Shown: positions 1 through 11,610 of the stretch, one piece after another | How positions within the stretch are numbered: the first letter of the stretch is position 1 | How the letters are laid out: each line of letters starts with the position of its first letter | Origin: Mizuhopecten yessoensis | Taxonomy: Eukaryota | NCBI RefSeq assembly: GCF_002113885.1 | Contig: NW_018408914.1 | Span: 256,731-320,730, forward strand | Length of the DNA: 64,000 nucleotides | Direction: 5' to 3' | Notes under the pieces: generated by a model | Seen by the model: the letters and a program-made list of their open reading frames with translations, nothing else | What the model was told of the DNA's origin: nothing | Databases searched by the model: none | Made by a program: the position numbers and the translations under genes

Positions 1-511
1 ATTATAAAGTTGTACAACAAAATTAAACCTGCTACAATTAAATGGCGACACAATGACAACTTAAGTGATCAATCTAGTGTCAAAAAAGGTGAAATTTTTG
101 CCTTTTTTGGAGTGCAAGAATTACACATTAATACACATTTTCAAAATGGCCGCCAAATTGGTAATTTTTTTAAATTCTTGTAAAAAAAGTTCTACAAACA
201 ACAGGTATCTATTTTTTTGACATATTTTTCAGATGCGTGTTTGCTAATAAACTTGATAATAATTTATTAAGTATTACAAAAACCCAATACACCAGATCAA
301 AACAAGACTTGAACGTGATTGAAATTTCAGAAGAGTACATCCTTAAGATAAAGATTATGAATTTTAAAGAATCTTCGCATAAACATCAAAATCTTTACCC
401 AGTGTAAAATTGATGTAGTGAAATAATTAAAACTGTCAGTTTATGCAGACAATGTGTACCTGTCTGCCTTGCGTTTACATATGTTTACTGATAGCATTTC
501 TATCTCTCCAG

Positions 512-762
512 ACATTGAACAAGGATTTATGCCATGGTTGATGGACCAAGTTAAGGAACAATTACACAAGGCCCAACTCGGCAGAATGGTGCTAGATGGA
601 ATCCTACGGGAGGTGGTCAGCAAGCGTTTTGATCAATATGCCAAGTTAGATGAGAAATTGAGGGAAATGTTGGGAGACACATTAGAGATGGACAAAGGTG
701 GCAACAGCTCAAACAATGCCCCAGAGGAGGTACCAGCGCCAGCTGCAGCCACCACCACAGAG
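512..762 (+). CDS. RSPH3: Radial spoke head protein 3, penultimate coding exon (gene begins upstream of window)
   Basis: Translation DIEQGFMPWLMDQVKEQLHKAQLGRMVLDGILREVVSKR matches the recalled RSPH3 C-terminal motif (DIExGFxPWLMxxV...GRxVLDxxxREVVxKR); acceptor tctctccAG ends at 511 (phase 1), donor GAG|gtaggt at 762 (phase 0). Confidence 0.88.
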
Positions 763-1059
763 GTAGGTCACAGAGAGTAACTCATAGTACTACTGTATAC
801 TACCCTCTCCCATCAACAACAACCGACACAATTTTTTTTAAATCACAGCGTAATAAACTCTGAATTAATATAAATACTGAACCTCCCCTACCACCATCTC
901 CGCCACCCTACTACTGTATTTTATAATTGAGTACCTCTTGGGTTGGTGAAGTGTCATGTACTAAAAATGAACCTTTTGTCCCAGTATATATAGTTTTGAC
1001 TTATACTTAACATGAATCATATTGTCAAGGGAATAAATATCTTATGCATTACAAATAGA

Positions 1060-1480
1060 TGTCAGGTTTATCTGGCATCAATTAGTGGAGGCAGTTGTGA
1101 GATCTGTATGGCATCATTAATTGGAGGTACTTATCAGATCTATATGGCATCATTAATTGGAGGTACTTATCAGATCTATCTGGCATCATTAATTGGAGGT
1201 ACTTATCAGATCTGTCTGGCATCATTAATTGGAGGTACTTATCAGATCTATATGGCATCATTAATTGGAGGTACTTATCAGATCTGTCTAGCATCATTAC
1301 CTGGATGTGGTTATGAGATCTATCTGGCATCATAAACTTATGTTGTTATCAGATCTATCTGGCATCATTGTCTGGATGTAGTTATGAAATCTATCTGGCA
1401 TCATTACCTGGATGTAGTTATCAGATCTTTCTGGCATCATTAACTGGATGTAGTTAATAGGTTTGTCTGGCATCATTAAC
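1060..1480. repeat. 36-bp minisatellite (atggcatcattaattggaggtacttatcagatct-like), intronic
   Basis: Period 36 (1108, 1144...), degenerate at both edges. Confidence 0.9.
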
Positions 1481-2230
1481 TTGAGATTGTTGTCGGTTTA
1501 TCAGGCAACAGTAACTATTAATAGTAAAATATACAAAATTTAATCTGAAAGTTAATTTTTTGATTTAATTGTAAACAATTGTCGAGTTTTATTGAAAATA
1601 TTCCAATCTGAAATAATTTATTATTGTTCAACTGACATGGTTATTTACCAATAACATAGTTCTAAAAATATGATTTAATAATACTGTCAATATAGTAAAG
1701 TAGTGTTTCAATAAGTTTAAAACACAAGTGTTAAAATTCAGACGATAATATTTGCTGTTCTTTTTCAAGTATTCAACAAAATTTTATTACTGACACATTT
1801 TCTTTTTGGTCAATAGATTGAAAACAACCGTCAATATTTCTTACTTTTCAAACTTGAGAGGACAAAAGTGCAATTATAGAGGTTGATTAGGGACTGGCTT
1901 TTTATCTGCTGTTGTCGTAATTCAAATCACCACAAGGGATAATTGAAGAACCCCTAGTCCATACTTCTGTCATATGAAAATTAAAACATTATATGTGTGT
2001 GAATAAATTTCCCTGCAACTCAAGAACATAGTTATCAAGTTATTACGGGTGCAGGGAGATTTGATAGCAGTAGAATAGGCTCCCCTGACCAGGCCTGTGT
2101 ATTAGAGACCAGCGATCCCTGCAGGATAATATGACGGCGATGGTGCGCTTCAACAGCAAGTGTGAGTGATTATTCAGTACGGTGAGCTGCGTTTGTCAGC
2201 ACCCGCTCCAAGAGAAACGCCTCGCTCTGC

Positions 2231-2249
2231 CAGATGAGAAATTCCCATG
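2231..2249. promoter_or_regulatory. Candidate PTF1-J composite site (E-box CAGATG + N4 + ATTCCCATG RBPJ-type box)
   Basis: CAGATG-agaa-ATTCCCATG; the reverse strand reads CATGGGAA. GCAGGTG (2328) and CACGCG (2286) lie nearby in a locally GC-richer block. Confidence 0.35.
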
Positions 2250-3662
2250 ACTTGTCCCTCTGTTGGAAGGCAACAATACTCTCGGCACGCGGCTTCTTAA
2301 TTTTGACAACATCATTCCTTGTGTTAAGCAGGTGACTCTTTTTCCGCCTGAATGAATCCAGACATTTATCATGACAGTGAGGGGCTCACTACAGGAAAAC
2401 TCAAGTGGTTTATCAACAGGGCATTTAAATGTTGTGCAAATATATAATTGACAAGAATACACATGCTTTAGATTGAATGGTTGTAGAGAGTTATATAATT
2501 GATGATGAATGAATCTCTTTGAAGGAAATTCATCTGATGAATGTGGCAGGTCATACAGAAATAAAATACTTGAGCTAAAAAAAACTCTTGATAAAAATGC
2601 CCTTAATACCGTGCCTCAGTGATCACTTTCCCCGGGGTGCCACCTCTTTTTGTTGTAATGATCATTTTGTCTTTTCTATTTGACACAGTAGAATGGGTAA
2701 CAATACATGGTGTGAAAACAGAACTGTTGTATAGGATGGAGGGAGGGTGTGGGGGAGGGGTGAGTGTGGGGCGGTGAGAGGGTGCGGACGGGCAGGCAAC
2801 CCTAATTGGAGTATAACTAGTATTGGTTGTCCCTCTAAAACACCATGAATAGTAATAAGACATATTTCAGAAGACCACAGGCAGGAGTATCACACTGCTT
2901 ATGTCTGAATGTAACCAGCTTTCATAAAACTACATTTGTTGTTTCTTGGAGGATATTTTGGATTATTGAGAAATGTACCTGCTTGTTCCTGAATCAAAAA
3001 TTAAAAAGAAAAAAATCTGTTGGAGTTTAAATTCATGCTTTATTAATGATTTGTAGGCTAAAATTTGTCATTGTTTCAAAGAAATGATCTGTATTGATTG
3101 GATAAAGTGGAAAGTTGATGAAAACATTTGAAAGCTTAAACAAATTCTGAAGTAGTTAAAGTGTTACCACTGTATTACATTAGTTGCAGTTTTTTGATAA
3201 AACTTTCAGTAACAAACTGTTACCAGCTGGGGACAAAGTCTGAAGCTTGATGTGTGTTGATAGTCAGAGGTTTGACTCTCGGCATCTGGCAATTTCCATT
3301 AAACTCAAACCCATTTTCTTAAAATGATTGTATATAGAAAGTGTTGATTTCAGGAAAACCCTTGGTAGGATTATGGATTGTCTTTGTCAAAGAAGTTGTT
3401 ATATGTATAATAGATTAAAAGTAGTCAGAGTGCTATCTTCCTGAAGTCACCTATGTTCCTTAGGTTGTGAATTTTGATGTGATGAGATGATCAAAAAGCT
3501 AGCAGTAACATAAAAATAAATCCAATGTTCTGGGAATATAGCCGTACTATAGTCACACCAGTGGCAGTTCCAGCAGAGGGCAGTGTTAAGTAGAAACAAT
3601 ATGTTCTTGTGGGGAAATATTAATTAAATCTATGAAAAATAATATTTTGTTTTGTTTTTCAG

Positions 3663-3788
3663 GCTGAGAAACCAGTGGAACCAGCCGAAGAGCCTGCTGA
3701 ACAGAAAACAGATGAGAGTGGAGGGGGAGAGCAGCAGACAGAGGGGGGAGAAGGTGAAGAGGAGGACTCAGGGGAGCCCAAGGAATAA
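3663..3788 (+). CDS. RSPH3: RSPH3 terminal coding exon (acidic tail AEKPVEPAEEPAEQ...SGEPKE*)
   Basis: Strong acceptor ttttgtttttcAG (3661-3662), phase 0 matches the upstream donor, 41 E/G-rich codons then TAA 3786-3788; AATAAA downstream near 4230 and 4580. Confidence 0.8.
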   Translation, partial: AEKPVEPAEEPAEQKTDESGGGEQQTEGGEGEEEDSGEPKE

Positions 3789-4456
3789 ATACTAGTTAAA
3801 GAATAATTAAAATTTTATACATCTACCAACAGAAACATGGAAAAACCCAGTAAACTAACAAAGTGGTTCTTTTGTTTACAAACTATCGAACAACTCACAT
3901 TGAAACCAAAAGGAGGGCGGTGAAGAAGGAGACCATTGCCAGACATTCTGTGATATTTATTGTCCTCTTGTTCAGATTCTAATTTTTCTAATTCTACAGA
4001 AAACATTTATGATTCAAGTTTTAAGTTGTTGCCTAAATCTTAAAGAAATAACATTATTTCAGGAACAGATATCTTATTTAACAAAGATTCTCGTCAAGTC
4101 AGTATTACTGAGTGCTAGCCGTTATACTTACTCAATACCAACCTCTGTCATGTTATAATTACCATCTCTCATACTCCACACAAAAATATGTCAAAATATT
4201 TATTGCAAATTTGATTTTTGTTGGTATTAAATAAAATTAAGTAAACACAGAGCATTGGGCTAAAAGTCGGGAAAGATATACTGTATTGGAAGTTCATATG
4301 CAAATTCTACACGAGTGCAAATGAAATTTGTTGAATGTTGATAAACTTCTACTGTGTGTGCTGGAGGAAGCTCCAGGACACGTGATAAGTATCAGTTATT
4401 TCTAGTTATTCTTATTTTGCCAATGTGTCTATAGTCATATAAAGTACTGTGATTCC

Positions 4457-4573
4457 GGACCTGTATCATAAACCAAGCTTTAGGTTAGCACCGAAATAAC
4501 TGTAACATATGAATAGTCCGTCCTAGTAAGTCAGTGCTAACGTCAAGCTTGTCAGTTTTCTGGTATAGGATCC
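4457..4573. mobile_element. Small degenerate MITE
   Basis: Nested inverted repeats: ggacctgtatcataaa / tttctggtataggatcc and aagctttaggttagcac / gtgctaacgtcaagctt. Confidence 0.55.
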
Positions 4574-5159
4574 ATTTGTAAATAAATAAAGCATTACAAT
4601 TCATCCACAAATACATGAAGTGTAATCCCTGTTGACAGTGTACTAAGTAGCCTTATGGGTGAGGGAACTCCAGTGGTAAAACACAAAGAATCACTTGAAA
4701 TTTTAAAACAATATTTTGGGAAAATGTCTGTATTCATAAAAACCATATTGGTGATGATTAAAAGTTGAACCCTAGAGAGTTCCAATCCTAGAGGCCCGCT
4801 CCTGTTACATTACTCGTGTTGTTAACCTATAATACTGTGCTCATACTTTAATCTACACTACATATAATAGTTCATTGTTTTAATAAATTATGGGCCCATA
4901 TTGTTTTCAGTATTTGGGTTTCTTCATATTGCCTTTAGATCTATTTGAAAAAATACAACTTTATGGTGTAAATAAAATGTACCAACTATTTTCAAGAAAA
5001 TGAATAAAGAAATACAGACATTGATTATGTTGTTTCTGTGATGGGTGCTGGCTTGTCCCTGTGTTGAACACTTGTATGTGATTACTGTTAACACAATATA
5101 TATGGACTGAATATGATAATAATTATTTGGGACAGAATGTATCAGTAATTGATGTAATG

Positions 5160-5692
5160 TTTGAGGCTGACTTGATACATTATTAACCTGTTGTTGGAGA
5201 TTGACTGTATACATTATTAACCTGTTGTTGGAGTCTGACTCCAAGTCAGCCTCCAACAACAGGTCAATAATGTATAGAGTCAGCCTCCAACAACAGGTTA
5301 ATAATGTATAGGGTCAGACTCCAACAACAGGTCAATAATGTATAGAGTCAGACTCCAACAACAGATTAATAATGTATAAAGTCAGTCTCCAACAACAGGT
5401 TAATAATGTATAGGGTCAGCCTCCAACAACAGGTTAATAATGTATAGGGTCAGACTCCAACAACAGGTTAATAATGTATAGGGTCAGACTCCAACAACAG
5501 GTCAATAATGTATAGAGTCAGACTCCAACAACAGGTTAATAATGTATAGGGTCAGACTCCAACAACAGGTTAATAATGTATAGGGTCAGACTCCAACACC
5601 AGATTAATAATGTATAAAGTCAGTCTCCAACAACAGGTTAATAATGAATAGGGTCAGACTCCAACAACAGATTAATAATGTATAAAGTCAGA
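5160..5692. repeat. 34-bp minisatellite (ctccaacaacaggttaataatgtatagggtcaga) whose first ~2 units are inverted
   Basis: Period 34 from ~5250; 5160-5243 is the reverse complement of the unit. Confidence 0.92.
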
Positions 5693-6030
5693 AAAGAATT
5701 TCTTCCTGGTTTTCATCTTGTATTTACACTAGTATGGTATGTAGTCGGTTTTAAATTGAAAATACAATAGCTGTTGAGCTATTCCTTCCCCCGGGCATCT
5801 AGTTTGAAATGTACAATTTCTTAGATGTTTGGATACATAGTAGTGTGACATGTATGTAGTGTTGTGTGTCATTCCATTACTAATCACTCCATAGTATTGT
5901 ATGTGTCTTAAAACAAAAGGAAGCGGACACACTCTTATTGGCATTACCAGGTTTTTTTTGTTTTTTTTTATAAAACTGACATTAACTCGTTATTTTTTTT
6001 TAGTAGACTGATTATTTGCAATTAAATTGT

Positions 6031-6068
6031 ATTTAAGCATGGAATTAGATCTAAGTCCGTGATTTAAG
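6031..6068. mobile_element. 24-bp transposon-end relic with 7-bp TSD (putative P-superfamily excision footprint)
   Basis: atttaag-CATGGAATTAGATCTAAGTCCGTG-atttaag. Confidence 0.7.
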
Positions 6069-6189
6069 TTAAATCAATAACAAATTGATATGGTGTAGTT
6101 TTTTCCTGCACCCTGCTGTATCCTGTCCGATGAGCCTGTCACTCTCGCTCCGAATCATCTAATCCATACATTGACCCGTCCATTACTGG

Positions 6190-6425
6190 CTACAGGTGTC
6201 CACGTCGACGTTCGTAGCGGTCAATTTACCCCACCGGTCCGTTTGCGGGTTGGGTCACGTGCCGCGGTATTGACCACCAGTGACGATGTGTTCCGGCAAT
6301 GTAACACCTGAGGAACACCTGATACCTTGTCAATACGGACCGTCAACACCTTTTAAAGACCAGGCTGTTCCGACTGTTGACACACCCCCTCCTCCCATTC
6401 ACCAGCTATTTATTTTACAGCTGTT
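6190..6425. promoter_or_regulatory. E-box cluster, candidate PRDM13 enhancer
   Basis: CAGGTG 6193, CACGTG 6256, CACCTG 6305 and 6316, CAGCTG 6418 in a CpG-rich non-coding island. Confidence 0.35.
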
Positions 6426-6789
6426 CTGTGTAGAAAGTAAATTGTCTAAATAATGACACAAACTTCTTCAAATATTTTGTTAGATTGAAAAATTCAATTA
6501 TCCGACCGGTTTGAAGCGTCATAGAAACGATGGAACAATAACAGTTTTATTCTGTAATGAGAACTGTTATTGTATTTTACATTGCAGTACACTGAAATAG
6601 TTCTAAATTGAAAACATTTTGTGCGTTTTGTTACCTTGTGTACAATCCTTTTGCTTTATTTCTGGCAATAGATATTTAAACTCATATCAACAATTCTCCG
6701 CCATACATTTCTTACTTTTAATAACATGTGTCATTCCATATACCTTGGTAAGATTATGTACCCTGTGCATAAATATAACTTAGGTATCG

Positions 6790-7405
6790 TTTTAGCTCAC
6801 CTGGCCTGAAGGGCAAAGTAAAAGCTTATGCCGTGCCGCGACGTCCGTCGTCCGTCCGTCAGGCGCCAACTTTTTTCTTAAAACGACTTTTTCTCGATAA
6901 CAAATAGGCTTTGGGTGATGATATTAGGCCGTAGCATGTAGGGGTGAAGGGCTGCAAAATTAGTTCAGATGAATGACATTGGCCCACTTTCAAGGTCACT
7001 AGGGTCAAATATGGTAAAATGTTTAAACGACTTTTCAATAACTAAAAGGCCCAGGGTGATGCTGTTTGACTAATGGCATGCATGGATGAAGGACTACCAA
7101 GTATGTTTAAATGAATCACACTGACTCACTCTCAGTGAAATGTGTGAATTTATAAATTTATTTCTAAATAGCCGTAAGGCAAAAGGTCGTTCTATTTGGC
7201 TAATAGCATGGAGGGGTAAAGGGCTACCAAAGTTTAAAAAATATTTGAAACAATTTCATATTAAAAACCAAAAGGCATAGGGTGGTTATATTTGGCCTAT
7301 AACTTAATTCAGACAATTTTAATATATTTTTCCTTAATACACTTTTAAGGTTACTGGCGTGAAATTAATATCAGGTGAGCGATGCAGGCCCATTGGATCT
7401 CTTGT
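6790..7405 (+). mobile_element. Non-autonomous Helentron-associated element (HINE; DINE-1/pearl-like architecture)
   Basis: Starts ttttaGCTCACCTG, (GTCC)n microsatellite ~6843-6860, degenerate internal ~115-bp repeats, ends with sub-terminal inverted CAGGTGAGC (7372-7380) and a short hairpin before cttgt. Confidence 0.8.
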
Positions 7406-7734
7406 ATTACTAATTTATTACACGATCCCTGTGTTATGTTTGTACTAAAGCCAATTATACAATGGTTACAAAAAATGGGTATGTACAATGTAGCCTCTGT
7501 TATTATATGGACTACAGTAAAAGTATCCTAATAGCACAGACCAACCTCCTTATATCGACATTGTCTACGTGTTGGCAGCTGTTCTTCAAACGTAAAATAA
7601 CGGTTTAGACGAAGTATACTTGGTGCAATTAAATTACATCCGTGAGTGTTCCATACTGAATACCTGAAAGCATTGGTCTACAACTATCGTTACAAAGGGA
7701 CAATTCTTAAACTGGTTGAGGCCCACCATGAATG

Positions 7735-7811
7735 AGTGGGGATTGGGTAGTGGAGGGTTGTGGATAGTGGGGATTGGGTAGTGGAGGATTGTGGTAGTGG
7801 GGATTGGGTAC
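7735..7811. repeat. ~30-bp G-rich repeat, about 2.5 copies
   Basis: gtggggattgggta occurs three times. Confidence 0.75.
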
Positions 7812-7859
7812 ATAGTTTGTTTGTCATGGTCCTTTTTCAACAACTAAAATATTGACACT

Positions 7860-8560
7860 TTAGGTAGTATGACACTCCACCCAGTCTCTGAAATGTCATA
7901 ACCTGGACACGGTAGTACGATACAATAACCGGTCACTGAGATGTCATAACCTGGACACGGTAGTACGATACAACACCCGGTCACTAAATTGTCATAACCT
8001 TGACCCGGTAGTACGATGCAACACCCGGTCACTGAAGTGTCATAACCTGGACACGGTAGTACGATACAATAAGCGGTCACTGAGATGTCATAACCTGGAC
8101 ACGGCAGTACGATACAACAACCGGTCACTGAAATGTCATAACCTGGACACGGTAGTACGACACAACACCCGGTCACTAAATTGTCTTAACCTGGACACGG
8201 TAGTACGATGCAACACCCGGTCACTGAGATATCATAACCTGGACACGGTAGAACGATACAACACCCTGTCACTGAAATGTCATAACCTGCAAAAGGTAGC
8301 ATGACACTCCACCCGGTCACTGAATATAACATTCTGGACACGGTTGTATGACACTCCAACCGGTCACTGAAATGTCATTACCTGGACACGGTAGTACGAC
8401 ACAACACCCTGCCACTGAAATGTCATTACCTGGACACGGTAGTACGACACAACACCCTGTCACTGAAATGTCATAACCCGGACACGGTAGTATGACACTC
8501 TACCCGGTCACTGAGATGTCATAACCTGGACACGGTAGTATGACACTCCACCCAGTCACA
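7860..8560. repeat. 48-bp minisatellite (cacccggtcactgaaatgtcataacctggacacggtagtacgatacaa)
   Basis: Direct inspection; 16-aa periodicity in the overlapping ORF. Confidence 0.92.
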
Positions 8561-10489
8561 TTATTCTGACAACAGGCTATAGCATGAGAAGTCACCGAAA
8601 ATAAAGAGTAAGAAAGATGTCCCAAGTACGGCCGTGGGGGCAGCAACACTAGTTTGAATTTTCCACTGAGGAGGAGAAATTTTACAAAAAAAAACCGATC
8701 CTGCATATAGACCCAAGATTAGTCGCCTCGTACGATCAATCAGTTCCATTATTTCCCCGAACCTGTGCAGGTTGTACTGCACCGGTTTTGAAAGAGTGAG
8801 AATTGGGTTGAGGTTGATTAACGATAGTAAGGATCTTGAATAGGTTACGGTAGGAATGGGGAAGGGCTGTACCGGTTTATGATGATTCGGCAGTACCGAA
8901 CACGAATGGTTAGAGTTACAGTTCTGTGCGTGTAAATCGAGACAAGATAACGATAAGCGAAAGTGTCCATAGGCAGTTGACTGCAACATAACTTACCGAC
9001 AGTTCAAACACATCGCGAAAAATTACAAACAAGGTGGTAAGAGTCGCTATATAATGTCAAAAGTAATGGAACCGAAACGAAATAATGCCTCTCGTTGGTT
9101 ATTAGCAGAGAGTTGCTTAGGTGTCGGTGGTGATGATGGGAGTATTGGACCTTGTACAAACACTCAGATCATCGCACTCCGCTGGATTAACGAAGTAAAG
9201 AGTGAAATTTATCAACAGAACTGACACGACATCTCATTACTTCTGAATGGCCATTACTGTGTATTGTCTCCTAAACCACTCGACTTTTATAAAAACACAA
9301 CCATATGGTAAAAAGTGATAAAATTGTAAATAGTTGTCACTATAACCCTCAGCCTGCTTGGAGCCGAATGACTTTGTCAGGAATGTGAGCTAGATGGCCG
9401 TGTTGCATTGTGTATGACAATTAATTGATGAAAAGAACAGCTTTTTGGGTCTTAACCGTTGAGGTGATAGGAGAAAACGGTGAGAATCCCGGTGCAGTTT
9501 AACACATGCTAAAGTATGTAAAACAGCACACCATTCACCATTCGCCAACGCCTCCAATTAAAAACGTATAAAATTCTTCACTCCGAAGCAGGTAGTCAGG
9601 GAGAGCCGGTTTATTTGGAGCAATTCTTTAATAACCATAATGTTTCTTTTTCAAACAATAATGACGACCGACGTTGATACGAGATCCGCCTTTCTGCGCA
9701 TGTTGACGAAACAAACATGGCCACGTGCCAACGCGCGCTCACTGCACGCGCACATGTATCATTTTCGTGTAAATCTAGTTTCACTTGATGTTATTTAAAA
9801 TTGCAGAGTGATACGTCAACGCTAGAAGAACAGACTATGGTGTATGTAATTTGACCAACATCGACGTTCCGGGTGTATGCTTCGACAGAAATTCTAGACC
9901 GTTGATTCGGTAAAAAGATATTTTAGGGAAAGTCCACTGAAACGTTTATGACCAAAGTTCTAACTCTTTACGACCTAACCTAACAGTGTCTTTATTAATA
10001 TTCCAATAAACTAAGCGGTCAGACTCGATAGATTTGGGTGTCCTCGGTCCGTTTCATCTTGGTTGCGCGCTTTATATCCGGTGCATGGTACTTGATTTCT
10101 TTCAGACGCACTTCTCCGCACCGTTACACACCGATGGAGACACTAGTCTTTTGTTTTTTATTTGTCCACAATTAAACTGGTAGTTTTACGGAGATGAATA
10201 TCTTTATAATTTATCGTTGACGTTATTATGGCTTTGGCCTTATTTATGATTAGTTTTACGAACCGTAGCCAAATTTTTATTGTCATAAATGTGCAGTTTT
10301 TAATTTTGATTTTCAATTTTAAGAAAATTAAAGAAAGAAAGAAAACTAGCTTAATATCGAATTTGAAATGGATCTGACAGCAAAAGGTCCTGGCAATGTT
10401 AGGATAGGGAAGTAGTGTTTATTATAGCTGCTAATATCGATTGTGTTATACAAGTACAAGTGATCATGGCACGATAACGGCACATAACA

Positions 10490-11610
10490 TCCCATCCGCC
10501 TTCAGTACATTATCTCCCGGCCCGCTTCCGATACAAAATCTCCAGTCCGCCTTCATTACATAGTCTTCCGTCGGCCTTTAGTACATTATCAGCTGGCCCG
10601 CCTCTGGTACATCATCTCCCGGGCCGCCTCCTGTACATCATCTCCCGGTCGGCCTCCGGTACAAAGTCTCTTGTCCGTATCCGTTGCATAGTCTTCTGTC
10701 GGCCTTTAGTAGTACATAATCGCCCGTCCACCTCTGTTTCATAGTCTTCCGTCCACCTCCGCTTCATAGTTTCCTGTCCTTTTTCAGTATACATTAACAG
10801 CCGATCCGCCTCCGGTACATGATACCCTGGTCCGTCTCCAGCACATCGTCTCCCTGTCCGTAACCGGTACATAATCTCCCAGTCACATCCGGTACATTTG
10901 ATGTCTCTGTCCATCTCAAATACTTCATATCCCGGTGTGTCTCCGTCACTTCGCATAGCCGCCACTTCCATTACATCATCTGCTGGTCCGCCTCCGGTCT
11001 GTTATCTCCCGGTCCGCCTCCGGTACATCATCTGCTGGTCCGCCTCCGGTAAATAATCTCCCGGTCCGCCTCCGGTACATCATCTCCCGGTCCGCCTCTG
11101 GTACATCATCTCCCGGTCCGCCTCCAGTACATCATCCCCGGTACATCATCTCCGGTACATCATCTCCCGGTCCGCCTCCAGTACATCATCCCCGATTCGC
11201 GTCCGGTACATCATCTCCCGGTCCGGTACATCATCCCCGGTCCGCCTCCGGTACATCATCTCCCAGTCCGCCTCCGGTACATCAACTCTCGATCCGCCTC
11301 CAGTACATCATCCCCCGGTCCGCCTCCGGTACATCATCTCCCTGTCCGCCTCCGGTACATCAACTCTCGATCCGCCTCCGTTACATCATCTCCGGTACAT
11401 CATCTCCCGGTCTACCTCCGGTATATCATCTCCCGGTCCGCCTCCAGTACATCATCTCCCGGTCTACCTCCGGTACATCATCCCCCAGACTCATTTCGGT
11501 ACGTCATCTGCTGGTTAGCCTCAGTTATATCATTTGCCGATTTGCTTCTAGCACATCGCGTTCGCCTTCAATTCTGCCTCCGGTACATCATCTCTCTGTC
11601 CGCCTCCGAA
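10490..11610. repeat. 26-bp GC-rich minisatellite (ccggtacatcatctcccggtccgcct)
   Basis: Homogeneous core ~10980-11480 with strongly diverged flanking units. Confidence 0.9.

Noticed and set aside
454-511. ATG at 454 as RSPH3 start
   Set aside because: Lies in the intron upstream of the acceptor at 511; homology begins at DIEQGF.
2530-2570. CTGATGA...GAAA hammerhead-like string (similar near-misses at ~19947, ~44160 on - strand, ~59195)
   Set aside because: No valid stem II closing pair or stems I/III.
8561-8989. 142-aa ORF on - strand
   Set aside because: Non-ATG start, no recognisable domain or splice partners; region may be TE-derived but I cannot classify it.
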